IMG/VR virus record: IMGVR_UViG_3300019889_000001
Location: 5,726-69,725 of that record
Source of the DNA: a virus
Length of the DNA: 64,000 bases
Reading direction: 5' to 3' (one strand)
In this document: positions 1-9,628 of the stretch, piece by piece
Position numbering within the stretch: the first letter of the stretch is position 1
Layout of the letters: every line of letters begins with the position of its first letter
Notes under the pieces: generated by a model
What the model was told of the DNA's origin: nothing
Databases searched by the model: none
Seen by the model: the letters and a program-made list of their open reading frames with translations, nothing else
Translations under genes and position numbers: made by a program

Positions 1-2
1 GC

Positions 3-248
3 ATGAGTCCTCAACCGATCATTTCGCCGACCGCACACGAATGGAAGGGCAACAGCTACCACTGTGAGACATGCGGGCATTCGCTGCACTGCGCGTACTG
101 CGGTGACGGCGCGAACGGCAACCAAGGTCATCTCGTCGGAGATGAGGAGGGCTGGTACACGCTCTGTCAGGATCCGGAACGCTGGGAGCGTCAACGTGCG
201 GCCTTGTTCGAGCGGATGAACAAGGCAGCCCGAAGGATGCAGCGATGA
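3..248 (+). CDS. hypothetical phage protein with CxxC pairs
   Basis: ORF with CETC/CAYC motifs; ATGA overlap with next gene. Confidence 0.6.
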   Translation: MSPQPIISPTAHEWKGNSYHCETCGHSLHCAYCGDGANGNQGHLVGDEEGWYTLCQDPERWERQRAALFERMNKAARRMQR

Positions 249-643
249 CCGGCCATTGGGAACTACGAGCCATGTGCCTGCACGCCGAGACACCGCTCGA
301 CTGCCCCGGCTTCGATGAGAGGGTGTTCGAACCACGCAAGGTGAAAGCAGTCCGAGCGAACATGGAGATCTGGATGACCGAGCACTACCGCAAGACCGGG
401 CATCACCGGTTTGAGGTGACCGACACGAAGATCGAAGAGGTCTCCGTCGCGACCGTCGTCGACCCCAACCAGCTCCTCTTGTCCGACGATCCGTCATACT
501 CGACATTCACGCTCGGATCAGATCATCGACATTTCTGTCTCGTCTGCTCGGACGGGAATAGCCCTGGTCCCGGCTGCATCAACTGTCGCCAGACCGGGAT
601 GGATCAGACCCCGTGCCTCAACTGCCCATCGGAGACATCGTGA
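245..643 (+). CDS. hypothetical protein, Cys-rich C-terminus
   Basis: ATGA-coupled ORF; CLVC, CINC, CLNC. Confidence 0.6.
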   Translation: MTGHWELRAMCLHAETPLDCPGFDERVFEPRKVKAVRANMEIWMTEHYRKTGHHRFEVTDTKIEEVSVATVVDPNQLLLSDDPSYSTFTLGSDHRHFCLVCSDGNSPGPGCINCRQTGMDQTPCLNCPSETS

Positions 644-933
644 CCAAGTCGGAAACAGCGGGTCGATGCGCCCAGTGTGGCAACCCGTTCGATCGTCCGT
701 CGACCCGAGGCCGGTCACCGATCTACTGTTCTCACTCCTGTCGCCAGAGGGTATACGAGAAGCGGCACGCCTACGACCGACAGCTCCTCGTCGAGGTCCT
801 CGTATGCCACCAGCACCGTGACATTGGCCCCTGCTGCTGCGGTTGGCACGTGCTCGGTGAGTCCCATGCCGAGCACGTCGCCGATATCTACGAGGCGTCG
901 TTACTCGCACGAACCGAAGGGGTAGACGCATGA
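640..933 (+). CDS. small Zn-finger protein (CxxCG...YCSxxC)
   Basis: CAQCGNPF...RSPIYCSHSCRQ; GTGA overlap at 640. Confidence 0.65.
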   Translation: MTKSETAGRCAQCGNPFDRPSTRGRSPIYCSHSCRQRVYEKRHAYDRQLLVEVLVCHQHRDIGPCCCGWHVLGESHAEHVADIYEASLLARTEGVDA

Positions 934-1427
934 CCCAGGCGAGTGAACGTTTCACGCTGTACCGCGACAACCCGGTTCAGTCCATACAGGCGCGACGGGC
1001 CGGGCAGGTGCTCTGGGTGATGTTGAACCCGTCGACCGCTGATGCCATCATCGACGATCCAACCATTCGTCGGGTCATGGGATTCTCATGGCGGGAGGGA
1101 TTCGGGGCACTCGCAGTCGTCAACTTATTCGCTCAGCGGTCGACGGACCCAAAACATCTCATCACGCCAGCCCGTCACGTGCAGATCCAGAACATCGAGA
1201 CGATCGAGTACCACATCGACCGCTGCTCGGCGGTCGTCGCCGCTTGGGGGACCACCATCCCGAAGTCGTTGATGTCCTACGCGAAGGCGATGATCGGGAT
1301 CATTCGGTTGCACGCCGACAATCAGGGGAAGCCGATATATCGCCTCGGCGTCACAGCCAATGGCAGCCCGAGACATCCGTTGTACGTGAAGGCTGACGTC
1401 CCGTTCCAGGTCTGGCCGGTGCTATGA
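930..1427 (+). CDS. DUF1643 family protein
   Basis: WVMLNPSTADAIIDDPTIRR, NLFA.RSTDP, AAWG and G.PRHPLYV motifs. Confidence 0.9.
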   Translation: MTQASERFTLYRDNPVQSIQARRAGQVLWVMLNPSTADAIIDDPTIRRVMGFSWREGFGALAVVNLFAQRSTDPKHLITPARHVQIQNIETIEYHIDRCSAVVAAWGTTIPKSLMSYAKAMIGIIRLHADNQGKPIYRLGVTANGSPRHPLYVKADVPFQVWPVL

Positions 1428-1672
1428 ACTGGGTGATCGGCGCCAGCGTGTTCCTTGGTGCCGGCGCGGCGGCGTACATCGCTATGGTGTTCATCGGTCG
1501 CCTGGTCGGCGAAGATGACGATTGGATTGATGAGACCTAAGCAGCCGGTTAGCCGCTATCAGCCCGTTGTGAGTCGGGACGCGATGAAGGGACCGCAGGA
1601 ATTTGACTTTTCCACCTGTTGGTCGGATGCTCCCCGGTCGCATGCGCTTGGTCGTGCGACCGGGGCGACACC

Positions 1673-1894
1673 TCATTCGGTGTCGGACTTCCACCGCCAA
1701 GCATTCCGGGCATAGACCCAGCCATAGGCGAACGCTGAGACGATGAAGCCCCATTGTTCGGTCGCGACCGCGTAAGCGACCCAGAGCACCTGTGCCACCA
1801 GCCCGACAAGCCACGCCCACCAGTAGCGCCGGCCAGCCAGATAGAGGCCGAGAACGCCGACCGCCGTGAGTAAATATGACCAGTACGGATTCAT
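1673..1894 (-). CDS. small membrane protein, PnuC-like
   Basis: Three hydrophobic helices, GxxWWAWLVGLVAQVLW pattern. Confidence 0.55.
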   Translation of the reverse strand: MNPYWSYLLTAVGVLGLYLAGRRYWWAWLVGLVAQVLWVAYAVATEQWGFIVSAFAYGWVYARNAWRWKSDTE

Positions 1895-2328
1895 TCGTCG
1901 ACAGGATGCCATTCGGCGGTCTGTTCGGGGCTGACCTCGAGGATTTCGATGCTGCGCTCGAGCGCAGCTCGCTTGCAGTCGGCCGTCCCTGCGCCGCCGG
2001 GGAAGACGACGAGAAGATCGGGTTGGAAGTCATCGAGCATCTTGCGGTTCCGCACCGGGCCCGCACCGCGGCCGTACGACGTCCAGTCGGCGATGAAACG
2101 CTGGCGCGGAATGTCGTTGGAGTCGGCCCATGTCAGGGCCTGAAGGTCGACGCCGAGTAGACGACCGGACAGTGGCGCGAGCTTACCGGCGTCGCCGGCG
2201 GCAAGCTCGGTGATCCCCGGATCACAGAGGAGCCCGTCCACGTGATCGTGATGCAGCCGATCCAACGTGTCGTAGACGAACTGACGGTCAGGGAACGCCC
2301 GGCCACCACATACCGCTAGACGCATCAA
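1891..2328 (-). CDS. DUF2493 / YspA-related SLOG family protein
   Basis: VCGGR.F.D, ADW..YGRGAGPVRNRKML, VVFPGGAGT. Confidence 0.85.
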   Translation of the reverse strand: MMRLAVCGGRAFPDRQFVYDTLDRLHHDHVDGLLCDPGITELAAGDAGKLAPLSGRLLGVDLQALTWADSNDIPRQRFIADWTSYGRGAGPVRNRKMLDDFQPDLLVVFPGGAGTADCKRAALERSIEILEVSPEQTAEWHPVDE

Positions 2329-2912
2329 GACTCCCTCGATTGCTGACGCCTAAGTCTCTGCGCCTCATTGGTGCAGAGACGGCATTGGCGTTCACTTCTC
2401 CATAGTTCACGCGGATGACCTCGGATGCAATGGGTCTTCAGTTCACCTCGAGGGTAGGAGTCCGCCCGCGGCCTCCGTCTGTTGGCGTTCTGTTCGGGAA
2501 TGGTTGCCCATCGGCAGTTACTCGGCTCGTAGTTTCCATCACTGTTGATGCGATCGAGGGACCAGTAGCTCACCTTGCCCGCCCAACCAGAAGGGTCGGG
2601 CGGTCTCTCGCCCATGTCCGCAAGGAAGTTCTCGAAGACTAACCACCGGTCGCAGACTGTGATGCCCCGATCTACGTATCCCCGTCGGCTCCTGACACGT
2701 TCTCGCATCGCGCGCCACGACCTGTAGGTCGGCAAACGTCGCTTCTCGCGCCATCCATTCACGCGAGGTGTGATCTTGTACGTGAGGCCACTAGGACGCA
2801 CCGCGTGCCGGGACCGACAGAGACTCGAACAATACTTCCCCCGCCCTCGAGCTAGTAGGGCCTCCGTGGTATCAAAGACGGCCCCGCATGGGCATGTCAC
2901 GCAGATCCTCAC
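2325..2912 (-). CDS. HNH homing endonuclease-like protein with N- and C-terminal Zn modules
   Basis: RGITVCDRW..FENFLADMGERP...SLDRINSDGNYEPSNCRWAT. Confidence 0.85.
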   Translation of the reverse strand: MRICVTCPCGAVFDTTEALLARGRGKYCSSLCRSRHAVRPSGLTYKITPRVNGWREKRRLPTYRSWRAMRERVRSRRGYVDRGITVCDRWLVFENFLADMGERPPDPSGWAGKVSYWSLDRINSDGNYEPSNCRWATIPEQNANRRRPRADSYPRGELKTHCIRGHPRELWRSERQCRLCTNEAQRLRRQQSRES

Positions 2913-3196
2913 GGATTTTCAGCTTTGCGAAGCAGGGCGACAACGGCATCATCAGGGAAAGCGAGATAGTTGGCGAACGTCGCTCTGATCTCGTGGAGGA
3001 GTTCGCATGCTTCGCTCATCCACGCCTTCAGCTCACCGTTGACTTCGGATGACTCCTCGCGCTCCATCGTCAAGGTGTTGTCGAGACGCTCGATGGTGTC
3101 GGCGGCATCCCGAAGGGCATCGGCGATACCGAATAGACCGAGACTGTGCTCGGCGAGATTAGCGAGTTCTCGAAGATCGTCGACCCGGGTGCTCAT
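2909..3196 (-). CDS. hypothetical coiled-coil protein
   Basis: Overlap-coupled ORF in operon. Confidence 0.6.
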   Translation of the reverse strand: MSTRVDDLRELANLAEHSLGLFGIADALRDAADTIERLDNTLTMEREESSEVNGELKAWMSEACELLHEIRATFANYLAFPDDAVVALLRKAENP

Positions 3197-3435
3197 CTAC
3201 TGGATCCGTATTCCGCGAGGAGGGCCGCGCCGGCGCTCGAGGTTTCGACGCCATGGACGGCTGCGGCTGCTTTCGGGTCGTTGTGGGACAGGTTTTCGAG
3301 GTGGTGTTGCATGACGTTGTCGACATAGTCACGGGGCGTCATGTTCTCCTGGCGGGCGACGATGATCAGCATGTCGTGGAGATGGACGGGGAGTCTGATA
3401 GCGATCGAGGCTCCTTTAACTTTTGGGCGCGACAT
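3193..3435 (-). CDS. ribbon-helix-helix-like DNA-binding protein
   Basis: SIAIRLPVHLHDML..VARQENMT..DYV. Confidence 0.6.
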   Translation of the reverse strand: MSRPKVKGASIAIRLPVHLHDMLIIVARQENMTPRDYVDNVMQHHLENLSHNDPKAAAAVHGVETSSAGAALLAEYGSSR

Positions 3436-4096
3436 TCGGGGTCTCCTTCGGTTTCGTGGCCCGGTAGCAGGTGTAGTCGATCTGCTCGAGCTGGAACGGT
3501 TGCTCGAGGCTGGCGTTGTAGCTGTCGACGGCGTTGCGGGCGCCTTCCCAATGGCCGTAGTCGTCGACGATGAGGATGCCGCCGGGGGAGAGCAGTGGGT
3601 AGAGGTGGGTGAGTTCGTGGAGGGTGGATTCGTACCAGTCGGTGTCCAGCCGGAGCACCGAGATCAGGTCTGGGGCGAAGAGTGGGATGGTGTCCACCAC
3701 GTTGCCTTCGACCATCTTGATTCGCTCCGGCGGGTAGTTCGTCCACGACATATGGACGCGGACTTCGATCACGTCGGCGATAGCCCACACGTGGTCGGTG
3801 GGTTTCGCCGCGGCGAGGATGTCGGCACCTAGGTGGCCGGCAGGCGTTCGATCGAGGTCGGTGGGTTCGGTCATGCCGGCGAACGTGTCGTACATCCAGA
3901 TCTCGCGGTCATCGACATTCTGATGTAGCGCGGTGATTGCCATCGCCATCGCGCAGCCACCCTTCCAAACGCCGCATTCGACGAACGCACCGGGGATGCC
4001 GTTGTCCATCACGTGCTCGACGGCACGGCATGTCGCGGCGAGGCTCTTGCGCGACGTCATCGTGAAGTCCTGGAGCTGCTGATATAGGTCGTTCAT
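3416..4096 (-). CDS. TylF/MycF/NovP-family O-methyltransferase
   Basis: GAFVECGVWKGG, YDTFAGM, LRLDTDWYEST, GGILIVDDYGHWEG. Confidence 0.92.
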   Translation of the reverse strand: MNDLYQQLQDFTMTSRKSLAATCRAVEHVMDNGIPGAFVECGVWKGGCAMAMAITALHQNVDDREIWMYDTFAGMTEPTDLDRTPAGHLGADILAAAKPTDHVWAIADVIEVRVHMSWTNYPPERIKMVEGNVVDTIPLFAPDLISVLRLDTDWYESTLHELTHLYPLLSPGGILIVDDYGHWEGARNAVDSYNASLEQPFQLEQIDYTCYRATKPKETPNVAPKS

Positions 4097-4398
4097 GGCG
4101 TCCTGACCCATTCGACGTCGAGTTCCATCGGTCGGCGGCGGTACGAATATCCGAACATCCCAGACTGGATCAGCTTCAACGACTCCTCGCAGTCGGCGCG
4201 GGTTTCGTAGCCGAGACTGTTACCAAGGGAATCGTCGACACCACGCAGTTGGTTGACGGTGTCGATCAGCGTGTAGATGACGGTGTTACGCAGATTGAAC
4301 GGCTTCGTCGCTACCACCCACCGGCCGTCAGTGGAGACAGCCTGGATCTCATACGAGTTGTGCTCGCTGACGAACTTGATCCGATCCCCGACGTTCAT
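4093..4398 (-). CDS. hypothetical phage protein
   Basis: ATGA-coupled ORF starting MNVGDRIKF. Confidence 0.65.
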   Translation of the reverse strand: MNVGDRIKFVSEHNSYEIQAVSTDGRWVVATKPFNLRNTVIYTLIDTVNQLRGVDDSLGNSLGYETRADCEESLKLIQSGMFGYSYRRRPMELDVEWVRTP

Positions 4399-5123
4399 GC
4401 CGCGTTCCTCTCGCCGTTCCACGACCAGATTCGTTGGTGGCCTCGTGCCGGTATCGGGTCGCAGCGGCCGAATCCTTTGCATGCAGTGCAGTACGGATCC
4501 GCACCGAGGTTCCGAGGTGCGCTGATCCAGCCGCGCCCCCAGCACCAGGGGCAGCGTTCGGTGGTGGGTGCGGCGTCCTCGATCAGCCAGGCGTAGCGTC
4601 CGGGCGAGAAGTCGCCGTAGGGAGCTTGGCTGGTGATGTCGGCCATCACATACGGCCCGAACGCAATCACCAACAGGTCGGGATTCACCTGCCAGATCGA
4701 GTATCCGTCAACTGGCCATTCGCCCCAGCCGACGATCGGGTAGCAGGCGACCACCCTTCCCGACCCGACGATCGCACCGAGCGGCAGCCATTCGCCGAAA
4801 AGATCAGCGATCGGCTCGCCGGTGTAGCCGTCCTGTCCGATCGTCTCGGCGAGCATCGAGCGACCATCGGTCGTGTTCCAACATGCGTACTCGCCGACTT
4901 CTAGTTCGTTCGCCGGTATCTGTTTCGTGGCGTGGAACACAATCCGTTGGCCGATGAGTGCGGGTGGGCACGGCCACGAGCGTGTCTCGAACCGCTTGAC
5001 CATCGAGCGTGTGTTGCACCGTTCGGCGTGCGGGTCGTTCTCGGGGTACTTGCAGTCGCACAGTTGGCGGGTGGTCAGGAGGCTTGCCCAGGGTTGATGC
5101 AAACTGATCGCGGGCATCGTCAT
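4395..5123 (-). CDS. ASCH-domain protein with Cys-rich insertions
   Basis: AISLHQPWASL...KRFETRSW...GAIVG...GRYAW...IPARGHQRIW. Confidence 0.85.
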   Translation of the reverse strand: MTMPAISLHQPWASLLTTRQLCDCKYPENDPHAERCNTRSMVKRFETRSWPCPPALIGQRIVFHATKQIPANELEVGEYACWNTTDGRSMLAETIGQDGYTGEPIADLFGEWLPLGAIVGSGRVVACYPIVGWGEWPVDGYSIWQVNPDLLVIAFGPYVMADITSQAPYGDFSPGRYAWLIEDAAPTTERCPWCWGRGWISAPRNLGADPYCTACKGFGRCDPIPARGHQRIWSWNGERNAA

Positions 5124-5530
5124 ACCGGTGCCGTCCATCCACCCGAGGTGATGATGCCGGTCGGTAGACCGGCCGAAGGGTCACGGGGTGGGATCTGATC
5201 GGGTACGAGGCCGAGTTCTTCGAGCTGGTCATCGGTGATCTCGCTGAGGCCGTTGGAGCGGATGACGTCGTTGACTTTGCGCTGGAAGGCGAGGATCGCC
5301 TGGTCGCGCCCAGGAGTCGGGGCGGGCTCGGTGCCGGTGAAATAGCTGATGCCGCCGCGGACTGCTCCGAACATCGGCAGGCTGGAGGCGATGGAGCCCT
5401 CGCGATGGTCGACATGCTCTCGTTCTTGTCGCATCGCGAGGACGTTCTTGGCGTAGCGGCGCAGCTTGGCGAGCTGGCCTGTGTCGACAAGCTTGCGGAG
5501 GTTGTAGAGGTCGATCGGGTCGATGGTCAT
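5120..5530 (-). CDS. hypothetical protein
   Basis: ORF from ATG 5530 (MTIDPIDL). Confidence 0.6.
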   Translation of the reverse strand: MTIDPIDLYNLRKLVDTGQLAKLRRYAKNVLAMRQEREHVDHREGSIASSLPMFGAVRGGISYFTGTEPAPTPGRDQAILAFQRKVNDVIRSNGLSEITDDQLEELGLVPDQIPPRDPSAGLPTGIITSGGWTAPV

Positions 5531-5677
5531 GGGATCACCTTGGTTGCTTGGGTTACGTGGTTGGCGAAGGCGCCGCGGGCGGCACGGCGGGTGTCGTGGA
5601 AGTCGCTGGCCCAGCCGCATGTGCAGCGGGCGTTCCAGGCGTGAGAAATGGGTGAGTTTGAGGATGTGGAGGATCAT
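5527..5677 (-). pseudogene. small CxCGW protein interrupted by apparent 1-nt insertion
   Basis: MILHILKLTH in one frame continues as SHAWNARCTCGWASDFHDTRRAARGAFANH in the next frame at CATTTCTCA. Confidence 0.4.
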
Positions 5678-5910
5678 GGGATGCGCTGCCAGCCGTACTC
5701 GGCCATGATTTCGGTGTCGACGACACGGATTTCGTCGAGATCTCGCACGAAGATGAAGATCGGGCACGTGAGCCCCTCCGAACGCAACCAGCCGGAGATG
5801 GCATCAACCATTTCCTTCTGGTCGGCCATCCGGGACGGGTCTTCAGACTTGACGGCGAGGATGAACGGCCCGTCGGGGATTGGCATGGCCTTGAGCTGGT
5901 CGGGGGTCAC
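5674..5910 (-). CDS. hypothetical protein
   Basis: Overlap-coupled ORF. Confidence 0.6.
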   Translation of the reverse strand: MTPDQLKAMPIPDGPFILAVKSEDPSRMADQKEMVDAISGWLRSEGLTCPIFIFVRDLDEIRVVDTEIMAEYGWQRIP

Positions 5911-6086
5911 GTGGATTCCTTTCGGGCGGTGTCGGAGCCGGGAGACATGCGGGCTCGAGGTGCGGGTTCGAACTCGGGTTGCTGGACCGGCTTGTGGTCT
6001 TCGACGGCTTTGGCGAGCCGGTTGAGTGCCTTGACGAGCCCCGAGCCGATGTCGATGATGGCGCGCATGTCGCCGCCGGTGATCAT
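5907..6086 (-). CDS. hypothetical protein
   Basis: SD GGAGG then ATG 6086. Confidence 0.55.
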   Translation of the reverse strand: MITGGDMRAIIDIGSGLVKALNRLAKAVEDHKPVQQPEFEPAPRARMSPGSDTARKEST

Positions 6087-6397
6087 GATCCCTCCTCGAG
6101 CGCTTCGAGGAGGGCGGTGCAGGCTGCGTCCATCGCGTCCCAGGTGCCGTCTGGGACTGTTACGCCGGGGGGTGCACAGAACCGGGCCATGGCGTCGATG
6201 TAGTTGCCGCGGAGTTCCCACAGTCGGACTTGCCGTTCGGATTCGAGGTAGTCGGGGCTCGCGAAGATCGCCTGGAAGTCTGCGCTCTTCTCGAAGGTCT
6301 TCTGGGTGGCGTCGTCGACAGCTTTGGTGACGACTGGGGTGATGGCTTTGAGGGCGGCCGCTTCGGCGATCTGACGGAGTGCGTCGTCGACGGTCAT
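6083..6397 (-). CDS. hypothetical protein
   Basis: SD AGGAG, ATGA coupling. Confidence 0.6.
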   Translation of the reverse strand: MTVDDALRQIAEAAALKAITPVVTKAVDDATQKTFEKSADFQAIFASPDYLESERQVRLWELRGNYIDAMARFCAPPGVTVPDGTWDAMDAACTALLEALEEGS

Positions 6398-6612
6398 GAG
6401 TTCTCCTTGAAGCAGGTGTGGCAGGGTCGGGCGAACAGGTCGGCGTGTTCGCGCCGGAGGTGGGCGGACCACCAGTGGATCTCTGGTTCGGTGCGTCCGC
6501 AGACGGTGACGGCGACGTATCGGAACGAGGGAAGCATTTCGACGTCGGCGATCTGGTGGTAGATGGGCCGCGGGGTGTCGGTGGCGAAGATCATGACTCG
6601 CCCGACGGTCAT
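6394..6612 (-). CDS. hypothetical Zn-binding protein
   Basis: H..., TVCG, PCHTC; SD AGGAG. Confidence 0.6.
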   Translation of the reverse strand: MTVGRVMIFATDTPRPIYHQIADVEMLPSFRYVAVTVCGRTEPEIHWWSAHLRREHADLFARPCHTCFKENS

Positions 6613-7178
6613 GAGGTCTCCTTGTCGGCTGCTCGAACGATGTCCTCGAGTGCTTCGAAGACGGTGGGACGGCAGGCCGAGTGGAAGCGTTTGTCGCTGT
6701 AGGTGATGTGGACGTCGAATGCTTCGGGTTGGATGTAGTCGACGCCCGGGTCGGGGTAGATCTCGATCATGGCGAATCCGTCTCGGGTCAGCCAGGCCAG
6801 CAGGTCGTCGGCTTCGACACGTTCAGCAGTGCGGTACTCTCCGTCGTCTTCGAGATCGGTGGTGATCCATTCGTCTTCGCTGTTGTAGCTCTGGAAGTCG
6901 GGGTTGCGGGGCCACCCGATGATTTCGGCGATCGTGCGGTCGGGTTCGCAGGGAGGTGGCATGCACGGTTTGACTTCACCCCGGTCTGCGGGCGGTGTGT
7001 ATTGGAGGCCGGCGGCTTCGGCGACGATCAGGTCCGGGATGCTGAAGTCGTCCTCGGGCTGGGTCATTGGTTCTTCCGTTTCGATGTCGTGCCGGGGGGC
7101 TGAGGAGAGGAGGCCGCAGAGTGCGCAGGTGTCGGTGGCCGGTTGGAACCGGTGGTTCTCGGGGTGTCCGAAGGGCAT
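6609..7178 (-). CDS. hypothetical protein, first gene of leftward operon
   Basis: Preceded by TACACT-N6-ATG leaderless promoter. Confidence 0.6.
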   Translation of the reverse strand: MPFGHPENHRFQPATDTCALCGLLSSAPRHDIETEEPMTQPEDDFSIPDLIVAEAAGLQYTPPADRGEVKPCMPPPCEPDRTIAEIIGWPRNPDFQSYNSEDEWITTDLEDDGEYRTAERVEADDLLAWLTRDGFAMIEIYPDPGVDYIQPEAFDVHITYSDKRFHSACRPTVFEALEDIVRAADKETS

Positions 7179-7256
7179 TCCCCCAGTGTACCCGTTCCCG
7201 GTCCCGTAAACAAGTGGTTTGCTTATTTTTGCTGTGATTCCGGTAGTGTGTCGGTT

Positions 7257-7466
7257 ATGACGAATCCACGTGTGAAAATCCCGGTCACCTGCACCATTTC
7301 GCCCGACCTCCTCGAAAGACTCGACCGCGCCGCCGAAGCCGAAAACCGCTCCCGGAGCAACATGTTGGAGCGTGTCCTCGACACGGCCTTCGGACCGAGT
7401 CCAGAAGAACAGCTCGAGGAGGCCGCTACCTGGATCGAAGACGACGCCCCCATCGACCTCGACTGA
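7257..7466 (+). CDS. CopG-like ribbon-helix-helix regulator
   Basis: PVTCTISPDLLERLDRAAEAENRSRSNMLE; TAGTGT-N7-ATG. Confidence 0.8.
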   Translation: MTNPRVKIPVTCTISPDLLERLDRAAEAENRSRSNMLERVLDTAFGPSPEEQLEEAATWIEDDAPIDLD

Positions 7467-7659
7467 TCAGCTGGGCCAGTTGCCTTTGAGGATCGACCGG
7501 CGCGGTGTCGCAGCGTCTCATCCCGCCGTTGATGACTGTCGATTTCGGATGTTGGCAGGAGTCCGCGCCGGTCGATCAGATGCGCTCGAAGGACGGTCGA
7601 TGACTGGCAGATCGACCTCGAGTAGGAGGCCCAGAGGCATGTATGTACACTGTTAATAC

Positions 7660-7869
7660 ATGACCCGCCGTCTTGCCTCCTTCCGTCTCCGACCAGAAGC
7701 CATCGAACTCCTCGCCGCCTGGGCCAACCACCACAACACCAGCCAATCCCGCATCATCGAACGCCTCCTCCAACGCCAACCACCCCCCGAAGCACTCGGC
7801 CCCAACGAAACAGCCGTCCGAATCGCCCACCGCACCTACCTACGCTCACTCGAACCGAAAACCCCCTGA
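7660..7869 (+). CDS. ribbon-helix-helix regulator
   Basis: LASFRLRPEAIELLAAWA..HNTSQSRIIERLL; TACACT-N8-ATG. Confidence 0.7.
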   Translation: MTRRLASFRLRPEAIELLAAWANHHNTSQSRIIERLLQRQPPPEALGPNETAVRIAHRTYLRSLEPKTP

Positions 7870-8172
7870 TACGGAACCGAAACGCCCACAAACCGCCTCG
7901 CCCTGAACAGAAACCGCCCCGAACACCCACCAAATCCGTGAAACCGCCCTCACACGCGCAGAATTAGCCATCTACCAGCCCCTACATACCGACCTACGAG
8001 ACGCCAACGGACCGTTTAGGGACGTGTGAAGACCCGGGGACGCGCCCCTTTCCTGGTCTTCCCGGTTTGGAGACCGGTGCGAAACGTTCGACGAAACGGG
8101 AACGCTACGAACACGAAACCGACTTGGGCGGCGCGGCTCACGCGTTGTTGGTGGCGGCGCCGTTGTTCTGTG

Positions 8173-9327
8173 TCAGGCGTTTGTGAGCGCGTTGTGGAGT
8201 GCGATTGCGGCTGTTGCGTGGGATGCGTAGGTGGTGCCGTTGGTGTCTGTCCAGTGTGAGGCGGAGCGGCGTGTGAGTCCTGCGAGTGTTTGGCCTACGG
8301 TCATGGCCCGTAGTGTCGTCAGGGTGTCTCTCCCCGGGCGCTTGGCAGCGCTTCGGCCCGTGGGCGCCTCGACGAGGCCGAGCTTGGTGGGGGTGCTCTC
8401 TGCCATGGTGGTGGCCCTCACGGTGGCGCGGTGGGCGTTGTGTTGTTCGATGCGTGCTTCGTGACGTGCGAGACGCTTGGCGCGGGCCCAACGTGCTCCT
8501 GTGGGTTGAGCGGTGTGTTCGTGGCCGATGAACCATCCGTCGTCACTGAAGCTGGCGAGCATGGTTCTGTCCGCCATGCGCCGGCCGATCACCCTCCGCT
8601 TGCGGCCGTTCTCGTCCACTCCGTCAGCGAGCACTGCGACGCTGGCCTTCGCGAGCTGGGTCTTGGTGTGCAGACGGTTCGCCGCGGAGATCCGCAACCT
8701 TGTCGGCCAGGCGAGCCGCGTGGACTGGTCGGTGACGGCGGATCCGTTGGCCAGATCCAAACCGAACCATGCGCCCAGATCCCCGTTCGAGACGACGATG
8801 GCGCCCATCGCTGAACGTTCCCCGTTCACGACCTGACCCATGCTCGACCGGTCACCTGCGATCACCTGCGGCCGTGTCACCGTGTTGCCGATCAACCGCG
8901 GCCAATCCTCGTCGTCACGACTCAGAAGTGCGTCGGCGGCGGCGATCAGGTTGCGCTCCGTGATGTTGCACTGGCAATGCCTCGCGTGCGTCTCAGTCTC
9001 AGTGCACGGGATGAGACTCGCCACCATGTCGACCACGGGATCGACGTGATGCACGTCGCCTGTCGTGATCAGATGCGTCGGGCGTGGTCCGACAGGGACG
9101 AACGACGAGCGTCCCTTGCGTGACCGGGTGACCCTGGTCTCGGTGCGAGGCAACGGGTTGCGTTCCAGCGGGCCAGTGCTCCAGTTGGACGGTCGTCCAC
9201 CGGACGGGGCGTACGTGACTCCGCTCTCGGTTTCGGTCCTGGAGTAATGCCCGATGACGTCGGGGCTGTGCCCGTCGATCGGACGGGGGTCGGCCGTGCT
9301 CTCCTCGTTGGTCAAGCGGTAGCTCAT
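8173..9327 (-). CDS. large hypothetical protein (384 aa)
   Basis: Long ORF; SD AAGGA before ATG 9327; no recognisable motif. Confidence 0.55.
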   Translation of the reverse strand: MSYRLTNEESTADPRPIDGHSPDVIGHYSRTETESGVTYAPSGGRPSNWSTGPLERNPLPRTETRVTRSRKGRSSFVPVGPRPTHLITTGDVHHVDPVVDMVASLIPCTETETHARHCQCNITERNLIAAADALLSRDDEDWPRLIGNTVTRPQVIAGDRSSMGQVVNGERSAMGAIVVSNGDLGAWFGLDLANGSAVTDQSTRLAWPTRLRISAANRLHTKTQLAKASVAVLADGVDENGRKRRVIGRRMADRTMLASFSDDGWFIGHEHTAQPTGARWARAKRLARHEARIEQHNAHRATVRATTMAESTPTKLGLVEAPTGRSAAKRPGRDTLTTLRAMTVGQTLAGLTRRSASHWTDTNGTTYASHATAAIALHNALTNA

Positions 9328-9628
9328 GGTCGTTTCCTTTGGTTCGGCGGACGCAGATGTCCGCACCACCATTGAATCAGATGGGAACCAGGGTTGCAAC
9401 CCCTGGTTCAGACTCATTGCCCCAGGTAGGTGGGCAACTTGGGAGCTCATGCTCCACGGGGTACAGACATGGTGAGGGTTAGAGCAACCGGACAGGGCAA
9501 CCTAGGCCGGTCGCTCCCCTACCCGGGCAGTCGCCTCACCGGTCGCACTCAGTCACCGCTTGCAGGTGCGAGCACGTTGCACGCTGGCCGCTCCAATCGG
9601 CCCGCGAGCACGACGCTTGCCGGCGCGA

